23,241 bases of DNA from Azolla caroliniana (Eukaryota > Plantae > Polypodiophyta): NCBI GenBank assembly GCA_043228905.1, contig JBHGNT010000482.1, positions 1 to 23,241 on the forward strand, given 5' to 3'. Position 1 is the stretch's first letter. Each line of letters opens with the position of its first letter. Position numbers and translations under genes: made by a program. This document shows positions 12,787 through 22,247 of the stretch, in pieces. The notes beneath the pieces are model-generated. The model saw only the letters and a program-made list of their open reading frames with translations. It was not told the origin of the DNA and ran no database searches.

Positions 12787-12888
12787 GTTTTGCAAGCTCA
12801 TGCAAATGAGGTCTGGTTTTTGCAATTCTCTCATGATGGGAGATACCTGGCCTCTGCATCAAAAGATTGCACGGCAATTATTTGGGAG
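12787..12888 (+). CDS. WDR26: WDR26 homolog, exon 2 of 4 (first WD40 repeat)
   Basis: CAG|GTT acceptor; manual translation VLQAHANEVWFLQFSHDGRYLASASKDCTAIIWE; donor GAG|GTATGA; 102 nt, phase 0. Not in the ORF track. Confidence 0.93.
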
Positions 12889-15068
12889 GTATGAAAGAAA
12901 CTATGCTTTGTAGTAATGTGATTTACTTGAGAAGTTGTAATGGAATGATGGAAATTTTGCCCTTCACTCCTTTTGATAGCTGTATTATCTTAAAAGAACA
13001 AATCTTCCAAAGGAAATGTCTCTCTTCCAGGATTATATCAATTAATCCTTTGAAAAGTGATGTTCCAATATTTGAAATTGGTGGTTCTCTTAGAGAACAT
13101 CAGCATAATTTGAATCCTCCAATGCTAGAAGTTGTGCTAATCAGAAAATTGTTGTGAGGTTTCACTTATGATGTTGAACAGTAGTGCCTTAACATATACC
13201 AGATCATACAATGATTTCAGTGACCTTGATTATTGACAGTCTTGGAAATCTGGCAGTCCCGACAATCTGGTAGCCATAACCAAAATATCAAGATAAGCTT
13301 GATCTTCATAGATATTACCAGAACATGAAAGTCCTTCAACTATAGACATGTGACTGGGTCTCCAGACTTATATAATGAAAATCAAACTCAAGGAATGACC
13401 TTAGAACAATCAAGATTTGCAGAGCATGTTGCCTATGCCCTAGGAGGAGTCCTATCTAGACAGGGAAGCAAATCTATGATATTCTTTGGATTCTGGAATA
13501 ACATTCATTGTAAATGGCTGGAACAGTTGGAAATAATGAGGAACGGGCTGGAAAAGAGATGAATATTATGATGTCGTAAAGTTCATAATTTTGACCAGGG
13601 TATCTATCATCTTAGTTATATAGACAAGGTAAGCTTGTTTCAAGAGTTACACTTCATGAAAGGTTTGCATTTTTTCCAAACATTTCCTCTCACCTCACCC
13701 AATTGTAGATTGACATTCCCCTTCATGTTTGCAGAATAATGCTGCATTCCATTTCGATGCAATTATGACTTGAGCTTGCCTTTCACGATAATCTATGCTA
13801 GATCCTTGTGATTTGAGCCTTGAGCTACGTGCCACTTATTGTAAAGCATTGCCTCCATGCAGATTAAGAGTAGTAGTGCTAGGATGAGCAAAGTTGTATC
13901 TAGATGTAGAATGCTGTAGGTCAGGTTTTTGTGATATATTCCATAAGGTTGTGATTCATAGAATGTGAATATACCCATCAACTAAATGGATTATATAGCT
14001 GATTATAATCATCGTGGAATGTGTACAGTATGATAAACTCTATTGTCAGAGACTCACAGATATACTGGCTTCTGCTATGTCCTGCATGAAGAATGCATCA
14101 ATATGGTCACCTCATTACATAATTATAGATTAACTACATCCCCCCCCCCCCCACTTCTTGATTTTGTATGCAATTAATCCTGAATCGTGTACCAATAATT
14201 TCTTTTACTCTTATGTCCAATATGAAAAATATTATATGATTGAAGCTTCCTATTGATACACTCCTAATGTTTTGTGTGATATGATCAAACAGTTCAATCA
14301 AATTTGACTCTATTTTCTTTTGCAACTGTCTCAAGTAAAATGTGATCATTGTGTACTTTCATTTTGCAATTTCCTATGTAACTTCAAGTTAAAACTTTAA
14401 AATTATTACCAATGATTCAAAGGAATATTACAAATTTAATACTTCGCAAATTTAAGAATGACATATGTTTCTAATTATCATGTAAATGCGTGTATGCCCT
14501 ATGTCGATGCATCATGTAAAATTGTATTAATATACATATGATGCATGTCTCATAGAAATGTGTAAAGTTTGAAAATACACAGAGTTCATGTAATTTCTAA
14601 AAATGTTAAGTTAAAACATTGAAATTTGTGAGGGAATGGGACAGGGAAGTAGAGGAAAAATTCACAGAACTCATGGAAAACATAAAACCGGTTTAAGTTG
14701 TCATTGACACCAAAATCGAAATTCGTGTCTTTATATCATTTTATCAGTTTCACTTTGTTAGGAATCTAGTGATAGTTTTAAATGACTTGGAATATAATAA
14801 CGGTTTGTGATATGAATCACATGCTTTGCTTGTTTCTTTTCCTGGGTGATCTATCATTGAAGACATAATGTATATGGTAATGTTTGCTTAATCTTCTTTT
14901 GTATGAACTAGTGAATATCTTACTTGTGTTACCAGATGCTGAATGCCCATCACTTTAAATTAACTGCATTCTTTGATCTTGTGCTTCAGTTATATGCTGT
15001 CTCTATGCTGATTTTACTTGCTGTAGTACTCTTTCATTCTCTGCTGTAAATGGGTTTTCTGTGGACAG

Positions 15069-15695
15069 GTTGTCGAGAATGGTAATGTGAAATTGAAGTA
15101 CACTTTAACAGGCCATCAAAAAGAGGTATCTTTTGTTGCGTGGAGTCCAGATGATCGAATGATTCTTACTTGTGGCAGTGAGGAATTATTAAAACTTTGG
15201 GATGTTGAATCTGGCGATTGTAAGCAGACTTTTGGGAAGTTGAATTGTACTTTCACTGCATGTGCTTGGTTTCCAGATGGAATGAACTTCATATCTGGAG
15301 GGGTGGATAAATGCATATATATATGGGATATTGAAGGCAAAGAAGTAGATTCATGGAAGGGGCCTCGAATTCCACGTGTCATTGATTTGACAGTGTCTCC
15401 GGATGGGAAACATATGATCTGCATTGCTGACAAAGAAATCAGGATGTATAACTTAGAAACTAAAGCAGAAAGGGTAATTGACGAAGTGGAACGTATCACT
15501 TCTCTCTCTGTGTCGAAAGATGGAAGCTCTTTACTCGTGAATTTGACAAACCAGGAAATCCACCTTTGGGATATTAAGGATGATGCTAAGCTTTTGTTCA
15601 AGTACAAAGGGCACCGTCAGACACGCTATGTGATCAGATCTTGCTTTGGAGGGTTTGACCAAGCTTTCATCGTGAGTGGGAGCGAAGATTCTCAG
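15069..15695 (+). CDS. WDR26: WDR26 homolog, exon 3 of 4 (WD40 repeats)
   Basis: CAG|GTT acceptor; LTGH..VAWSPDD, LKLWD, CAWFPDG, IYIWD, IHLWD, YKGH..YVIRSCFGG..SGSEDSQ; donor CAG|GTTCAC; 627 nt. Confidence 0.95.
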
Positions 15696-15762
15696 GTTCA
15701 CACTCTTTACAATATTTTTATTTGCCCCACCTACTAGAATTGAAAATAACACCCCAAATTCA

Positions 15763-15863
15763 TTTGGCTATTGATGAAAGTACCCCTCAGCTCTCAAAAA
15801 TATACACTAGTTATACAATATAATTTCTTGGGATCTTAGGGGTATTCTAGTAAAAACCCAACA
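15763..15863. repeat. Small foldback/MITE-like element, copy B (WDR26 intron 3)
   Basis: Reverse complement of 15828-15863 (TGTTGGGTTTTTACTAGAATACCCCTAAGATCCCAA) matches the copy A left arm at 28/36 and loosely matches its own left arm 15763-15797. Confidence 0.6.
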
Positions 15864-16082
15864 GTGTTTTTCTCAATTGTGAATAATGTAGAGGGGTTTT
15901 GCAACTCCCTGTCAAAAGGAAGCAAATGCAAACTATGATCTTGGCTGCATTCATTTTCAATAAATGTTGCATTTTGCACTATGTGGTGCTTTTGAATGTG
16001 CTTTCAATGTGTACCTACTGCTCATACATACATATAAAGCTATTACTTTCCAAGTGATAATATGTATTTGGTGGATTTGCAG

Positions 16083-16328
16083 GTGTACATATGGCATCGT
16101 GGCAATGGAGAGATTTTAGAAGTGCTTCCTGGCCATTCAGGGACAGTGAATTGTGTCAGCTGGAACCCAAAGGATCCTTATATGTTTGCATCAGCTAGCG
16201 ATGACCACACTATTAGAATATGGGGTGTGATTAAACATGCCCAAAAACAGAAAGATACAAGTAATAGCAATGGGGTAGTACATTCAGCTAATGGAGGGTC
16301 TCTAGCCCTACAAACAGAGCACAAGTAA
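16083..16328 (+). CDS. WDR26: WDR26 homolog, exon 4 of 4
   Basis: CAG|GTG acceptor; VYIWHR...[15 protein letters not shown]...[13 protein letters not shown]; stop TAA. Total protein 594 aa. Confidence 0.95.
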   Translation: MYIWHRGNGEILEVLPGHSGTVNCVSWNPKDPYMFASASDDHTIRIWGVIKHAQKQKDTSNSNGVVHSANGGSLALQTEHK

Positions 16329-17091
16329 TCCTTATGATGGTGCCTGTCTACAATTAAGCATGCTCATTATTTGTGTTACAGATAGTGAAGAATCACAATG
16401 CACAATGTTTTGCTTAGTGATGAATCACAATGCTTCTATAGCTGCTACATGTATACCTGATTGCTTCAATGTGACATTTAGCCTTTAGTTCGATTTTTGT
16501 TTATTCAGTTTATACTAGGTTTCTGATGCATACCTGTATATATAAGGTCTTTAATTCATTATGTTTCGATGTGAAGTTTGGATAATGAAAAAACTAAACT
16601 GAGGTATAACACCTCTAAATCAAGTCAGAAGGTTCTCATTCTTAATAAGGACAACACCTCTGAATCAAATCAGAAATACGTCTCATATTGATCTTTCTAG
16701 TAAACATATGAGTACCTAGCTGCCCAGTGTATAGTAATTCTAACCAGCTGAAAGCACATGATCTGTCAATAAATGCCGAGGTTCTAATTTTAGAATAAGG
16801 AATAAAGAATTTAAATCGGCATAGTAATGAAAGAATTGAACAATTGCATTTGCCTAATGGTCGCATGGTGAGATATGAGCAAATTTTGACCTCGTGAATA
16901 GATAGGAGGCAAATTTAGGAATGAGTGGAATTCTGACAACAAAAGGAGGGAACAATCGGGTCATAATTTAAATGCTCATGAGCTTGTAAGTTTGACATGA
17001 CAATGTGGCATGTAGCTTAAGTGAGGTGATTGTCATATATGTGTATTTACAACCTTGGATTGATAGCATAACATATCGCTAAGGTAAGTTC

Positions 17092-17095
<4 letters not shown>

Positions 17096-17123
<28 letters not shown>
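17096..17123. repeat. (TG)n microsatellite
   Basis: Perfect TG dinucleotide run, about 14 units. Confidence 0.9.
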
Positions 17124-17125
<2 letters not shown>

Positions 17126-18475
17126 CTATAATTATCTTAATGACATCGTATGTAATATGGAGGCGTTGGTGGTGTTTGGTGCTAGGAAATTTCTCACCGT
17201 GAGGAGACTTTGGTGCTTGAAAGGCCTTAAGGTCTCTAGTGGCCCTTACATTGATGATGACACAACTTGAAAAGTTTAAAGTAGACCAGCTTATGGTGGT
17301 CCACGGTGCAAAAAGACTTTCACCTAATGCATGTGACGAGTGTTATGCCTTAGGCCTAGATGCCCTACCTCCTCCTACTTGAGCCTATTAAGTAATAGGC
17401 CCTCGATTTTATCTTCCCACTATAATAGAAGAATGAATGGTACATGCCTCTCCAATTATGGGTGATGCCCAATCAAGAAGAGCATGACAAGAATGGTCCA
17501 CCTAAAAGGCCTTGGGAGACAATGCTATATAAAGGGTTGACTATAAGATAGATTGTTGTCAAAAGTTTTATTTATATATATATATATAATCCGGTCTATG
17601 GGCAGAACTGAGGAGCTCTAAAACTAGAATTAGTGCAACTCTTTCTTAAAATGTCTCAAAATGTTAGGGTTGATGATCAAGAAGAAGGGAAACCCGTTGT
17701 ATGCAAAGCCAACAATAAGACCACATCGATCTTGGAGAATGTAACTCAAGTTGGTAGACTACGAGACGACCCAATTGCTTGCATTATTGCCTGTTGTCAT
17801 TGGCAATGTGTCGTAATCCTAACAATGATGAGAAGAGTACATATTTAGTCAAGTGTTGGGATCGGTAGTTACGGTATTTTAGGTAACCTTCATGATTGAC
17901 CTCTAACACTATTGTCTTCGAGCTCCTTAGGTCATTAGCCAAGCATGATGGACAACAGTTTGAGGCTTGCCAATGAAAGAGATGACAATGAAATTCTAGG
18001 AAACAACCATAAACCATTTTGGCATGAATGGGCAAGCCTCAAGGGATATGATTGAAGTTCGTCTTCTCGAAGTGGTTTTCTTGATATATATGACTCTAGA
18101 AAGATGTGTATTCTTGGACGTTGAGGTAGGAATTTAAAGATGGGTGGTTGAATCACATTTTCATAAAGGGATGAATGTGATTCATACCTAGGAAGGAGGG
18201 TTGCACTTCCAAGGGTCACTATCGAGTTCTCTCTTGGGGGATTGTCTTCCTCTCAATGGGCTAATTGAGGGATACCGTGATGAACCTAGAGTTGGGAGGG
18301 AGGCGGGGCGATTCTGTGAGAGAGAAGCTTTAGAAACCCCTCTTGGGTAAGCCCTCATGTAATCCCAGTTTTCGTTTTTAGAATTGATCCTCTATAATGG
18401 AGGAAATTTCTAGTTCAAGGAATCGTCGAGCTTCTTCCTCCCCCCATGTAAACCGCACCATGTGTGTTCTTCAAT

Positions 18476-20126
18476 CGTTTCTCTTTCCACTCTCGCGTGG
18501 AGTTCCTTGAAGACGATTAGCACCCGATCCTTCGTCTTCAACGGTGAGATCCACAGCTTCCGGCTGTGGTCATCTTTGAACGTCACGAAGTACTGCGATC
18601 CAGCATGTGACTTCGTGTCTACTTGACACACATCGGTATGCACCAGCTCCAGTGGTGCATTGCGTCTCATTGGTGGTCTTGACCGAAAGGAGGTTCGGTT
18701 TTGCTTGCCGGTCAGGCAGTCGGTGCACTTCTCAAGTTGCACGTCCTTCACCAGAATGAGGTTGTCTTCGGCAAGTCTCTTCATCCCCTTCTCACTCATG
18801 TGACACAGTTTCTGTGCCACAGCTCACCGACAGTGTCGGATGCTACGTTCACTTCTTCCCGGCATATCCGGGCATGCATCAAGTACAATGTGTTGACCTT
18901 CTGGGCTCGAGCCACTATTAAGCTCCCTTTGCAGAACTTCATGACACCGTTCCGGATGCTACCTGTGTAGCCTTCCTTCATCATCTAGCCAACCGACTGA
19001 TATCAGGTTCAGTCGAACCTCCTAACGTGTCAGACATCCTTCAACAACAACTTGCATCCGGTTGATGTCTTCAACAACACATCTCCTATGCCGATAATTC
19101 GGCATGTCCCTTCATTCCCCATCCGGACACAGCCGTGCTCACCGGCTGTGTAGGATGAGAAGCATTTCCGATCCGGGGTAAGGTGGAATGACGCTCCGGA
19201 ATCGACAACCCACATTGTCTCGTCGACGGCAAAGTTCAACTCACTCTCCTCGGTGATGAGCATTAGTTCTTCTTCACTTGCCGTGATCGCCATCGTCTCC
19301 TTCCGGTGTGGGCCTCGCTGATCCGAACCGTTTCGGTCCGGTGATTTCTTCAAATTGGTACTGTCGGTTCCCTTGTCTTTCCAGAAATGCTGACAATTCT
19401 TTTGGAAGTGCCCCGACATCCCGCAATAGAAGCAAGTGGGCCTCCCCTTGACTTTGACCATGTCCCCGACTTTTCCCGGTTCGGGGGACTCCAATTCCTT
19501 TGTCTTCCGCGTTCCGATTCGGTAAGGAGGGCTTTAGCGTCGGAGATCACCTCCTTGTCTTTCCGACACGCCTCCTCATCTAGCAAGCTCGACTTGACTC
19601 TTGCTAGGGATAGTTGATTTCCTTCTGGCCCAACGTTGCCCAACGTGACAACTAACGTCTCCCAGCTATCCGGGAGGGAACCGAACAGGAGTAGAGCAAG
19701 TACCTCATCGGCAAGAGGTACTTTCAACGAGGTTGCTTGGTGTATTAGCCCCTGGAAGGCATTCATGAGCTCCTCCATATTGGAGCCGTCTTGGTACCGG
19801 AGCCTCACTAGCTTCTGAAATACCGAAACCCGATTAACGACATTCTTGTGCTGGAACATGATGTCGATCTTCTTCCAGAGTTCATGAGCCATGCTCTCTT
19901 CATTGAAGTTGTTGTACAGGCTCATGTCGATGAAGCATCAGATGTATGTCGTCGTCTTCATGTGCATCACCTCCCATACCGTGGCGTCGATCTTATTCGA
20001 TCTCTTGTCTCCGAACTGAACTGGCAACCAAAGATCTTTAACCACCAACATGTCCCTCATCTTCGACTTCCACACTGAGTAGTTGGAGCCGGTGAGCTTG
20101 AACATGCCGCTGTAAGATTCTTCCAT
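18476..20126 (-). pseudogene. Disrupted copia gag-pol (gag, zinc knuckle, protease, N-terminal integrase)
   Basis: MEESYSGMFKLTGSNYSVWKSKM gag start; LLFGSLPDSWETLV (UBN2-type gag); CFYCGMSGHFQKNC knuckle; WVVDSGASFH protease; LWH..LCHMSEKGM..CTDC HHCC; LELVHTDVC..FVTFKDDHSRK core. Stops at 19938-19940 and 19030-19032; frameshifts near 19445, 19023, 18975 and 18812. Homology ends at VERET. Confidence 0.92.
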
Positions 20127-20140
20127 TTCTTGTGTTGTTC

Positions 20141-20152
20141 GCTTTGATACCA
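20141..20152 (-). other. Primer-binding site, tRNA-iMet
   Basis: TGGTATCAAAGC on the minus strand, 3 nt after the LTR end CTTCA and 15 nt before the gag ATG. Confidence 0.9.
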
Positions 20153-20155
20153 GTT

Positions 20156-20675
20156 TGAAGAGAAATGCGTGGAATATCGCTCGGCCACAACCGAGTAGTA
20201 AAACACTTCTATAAGAATCAAACACAGAAATGGGAAGTGGAGAGTACACAAGGAAAAATGACACGGGATGTTTACGTGGAAAACCCTAATAGGGAAAAAC
20301 CACGGGAGCCCACAGACTCCGAACTATCACTATGAAGAGAAAGGGGTACAATCATAGACTCGGAGGCAATGAACTCGAGCTCTGTTTCTTCGCATAGTGG
20401 CGGTTACAACAAAGTATCGCTCTGTATCCCTCTCTCTCTCACACACACACACACACTCTCTCTTTCAAAGCTCTCTGTAAGTTCACTCCGGCCATCGTTT
20501 TCTACGTTCTATAGCTCGTTGGAAAGCTCTTTGAGAGAGCTTTCTAAAGAATGTTCATTTACTGAATTCCGTTAGCGTGGCGAGAAGTTATGAGCATTTT
20601 CATCCGTAGCCATCTTTGCCCCACGGTTCCTCAAACTGAAGGTAGATTTTGAAGCCCTAAATCGAGTGAAAGGTA
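20156..20675 (-). repeat. 5' LTR of the copia element (partial; U3 end not found)
   Basis: Ends ...CTCTTCA at 20156 next to the PBS; contains (plus strand) TTTACGTGGAAAACCC...GGGAAAAACCACGGG, a motif typical of plant copia LTRs. Extent beyond about 20400 is inferred. Confidence 0.65.
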
Positions 20676-20729
20676 CATTCTCTCTCCTTCCCTCTTTGTC
20701 TCTCTTTTCTCGTAGGGTTTGTCCCTACA

Positions 20730-21599
20730 ATGGCAAATACTCATAAAACCGCCGCAAAGTTCGGGGGTATGATTGATAATGAGCCGAGATCACCAACAAA
20801 TCTTGATTCTAATGCAATGGACAAAATGCTTATGAGTCACTTGATTTCTCTTCAAGAAACCATAAACAAGCAAGGTGAAGAGATTAGGATGTTAATGAAA
20901 GAGAATACTAAGCTCCAAAGTGTTGTCATTGAGAATGAAAGTCTTAAACAAGTGGTTGCAAAACTTCAAGAAGAGATTCAAGAATGTAAAAGAGCTTCTT
21001 TTGAAACAAATGAGCGCCTTAACAAGATTGAGTTAAAGGAAGCATTAAAAGAAGAAAAATTGGACACAATGAGGCGGGATGTAAGTGAGATGAAAAATGT
21101 ATGTACAACGAAGTCATGGGCCGATATATGTGGTGGGGATGCGTTATCAAACTCATCTAATATGCATGTGATGCATCAAGAGAAGAATATAGAAAGCATA
21201 GATGTCCGAGAATTGAAAGAACGTGAACGACGATCAAAGAACATTGTCGTCCGTGGGATTAAAGAAGAGAGTATGGAAACACCCGCATCCCTTGGAAAGG
21301 CCATTGGTGATTTTTTTAGCATGCATTATGGGATGTCAGATGTGAATGTATATGGGGCACACCGAGTTGGGAAACATGGTGTTACTCGCTCTGGAGAAAG
21401 GCCTATTGTATGCACAATGACAGATGATACAAAGCAGAGAATCATACTCGAAAATAGTTGGGTATACCTCAAAGGTACACAATGCTTTGTGAGAGAAGAT
21501 CGTACTATCTCACAACAAAATGCTCGTCGTAAAGCATATGAAGAAAGATTGAAAAACAAGGTTAAGGATGTACCTAAAGATGGAAATGTAGGCAAATAG
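20730..21599 (+). CDS. LINE ORF1p: coiled coil plus L1-ORF1p/CR1-like RNA-binding region (289 aa, intact)
   Basis: acaATGGc start; long E/K/L heptad region; SWAD; ELKERERRSKNIVVRGIKE, AHRVGK, RPIVC and LKGTQCFVREDRT motifs typical of LINE ORF1p. Confidence 0.85.
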   Translation: MANTHKTAAKFGGMIDNEPRSPTNLDSNAMDKMLMSHLISLQETINKQGEEIRMLMKENTKLQSVVIENESLKQVVAKLQEEIQECKRASFETNERLNKIELKEALKEEKLDTMRRDVSEMKNVCTTKSWADICGGDALSNSSNMHVMHQEKNIESIDVRELKERERRSKNIVVRGIKEESMETPASLGKAIGDFFSMHYGMSDVNVYGAHRVGKHGVTRSGERPIVCTMTDDTKQRIILENSWVYLKGTQCFVREDRTISQQNARRKAYEERLKNKVKDVPKDGNVGK

Positions 21600-22247
21600 G
21601 GACACGTGATCTATGAGACTAACCCACGCCTTTTACGACTATGCTTTTGGAATTGCAATGGATACCCATGGAATGCGGGATTTGGCATAGAGGAGTTCAC
21701 CGATGACTCGGATATCACACTTCTTGTTGAAACATGGGAGCATGATACTCAAAGGATTCAAGGTTTAGGAAACTATAATGTACACTCTTTGATATGGAAG
21801 AAAAATCCAAGACAAAGAAGAGGACAAGGAGGGGTGGCATGTTTGATTAAGAAGGAAATAGAGAAATATGTGTCAATCATAAAAAATGATGAAAATAAAT
21901 GCTACATATGGCTCAAAATAGAAACACCTAATGATTTGCCCACTTTTGTAGTTGGATGTTACATTCCTCATCAAGATTCTAACTTTTATGCTTGTTTGGA
22001 TAAAGATCAACCGTTTGCCAATCTAGAAGATGATATTGCTTATTTCAAATCCAAAGGGGAAGTTATTGTCTTTGGTGAAATGAATGCTCGTACAAGAAGT
22101 TTCCAACTTGATTCACAAGAATCTTTCATGCCACATATCTCAAGGATGCAAGAGGATATGCATTTGGACCAATTTGGGAAGTTACTCCTACAAATGTGCA
22201 ATAGTACCGGATTGCTTATTGCAAATGGTATTTCCTTATGGCCCAAC
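21600..22247 (+). pseudogene. LINE ORF2 N-terminus: AP-like endonuclease (EEP fold), truncated
   Basis: FWNCNG, LVETW, GGVACLIKK, IWLKI, CYIPH, GEMNART (for GDxNAR) and GKLLLQMC..GLLIANG. Terminal DY/SDH motifs and RT are missing because of the LTR insertion. The ORF-track tail after WPN is LTR-derived. Confidence 0.85.

Larger units (their letters stand above)
18476..20675 (-). mobile_element. Truncated Ty1/copia LTR retrotransposon (Tnt1/Tork-like)
   Basis: Order on the minus strand: LTR, PBS(Met), gag, protease, integrase (copia order). RT, RNase H and 3' LTR absent. Right boundary inferred from the start of the LINE 5'UTR. Confidence 0.9.
20677..22247 (+). mobile_element. Non-LTR retrotransposon (LINE), 5' part, interrupted
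   Basis: Short pyrimidine-rich 5'UTR with TAGGGTTT, ORF1, then an AP-endonuclease ORF2 that is cut at 22247 by an LTR. Confidence 0.85.

Noticed and set aside
12867-13157. 96-aa ORF
   Set aside because: Out of frame with WDR26 exon 2, mostly intronic and motif-free.
14140-14152. C13 homopolymer
   Set aside because: Isolated simple repeat with no supporting context.
15116-15752. Antisense ORFs of 163 and 73 aa
   Set aside because: Shadow ORFs of WDR26 exon 3.
16383-16686. Short direct repeats (19-bp pair at 16383/16415; about 30-bp pair at 16608/16653) as CRISPR-like arrays
   Set aside because: Only two degenerate copies each in a eukaryotic 3' region; ordinary local duplications.
18701-20078. 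Plus-strand ORFs within the copia element
   Set aside because: Antisense shadows of gag-pol.
20672-20695. Minus-strand GAGGGAAGGAGAGAGAA-TGT as PPT plus 3' LTR start
   Set aside because: Better explained as the pyrimidine-rich LINE 5'UTR; no pol sequence lies upstream on that strand and this LTR is followed by a PBS.
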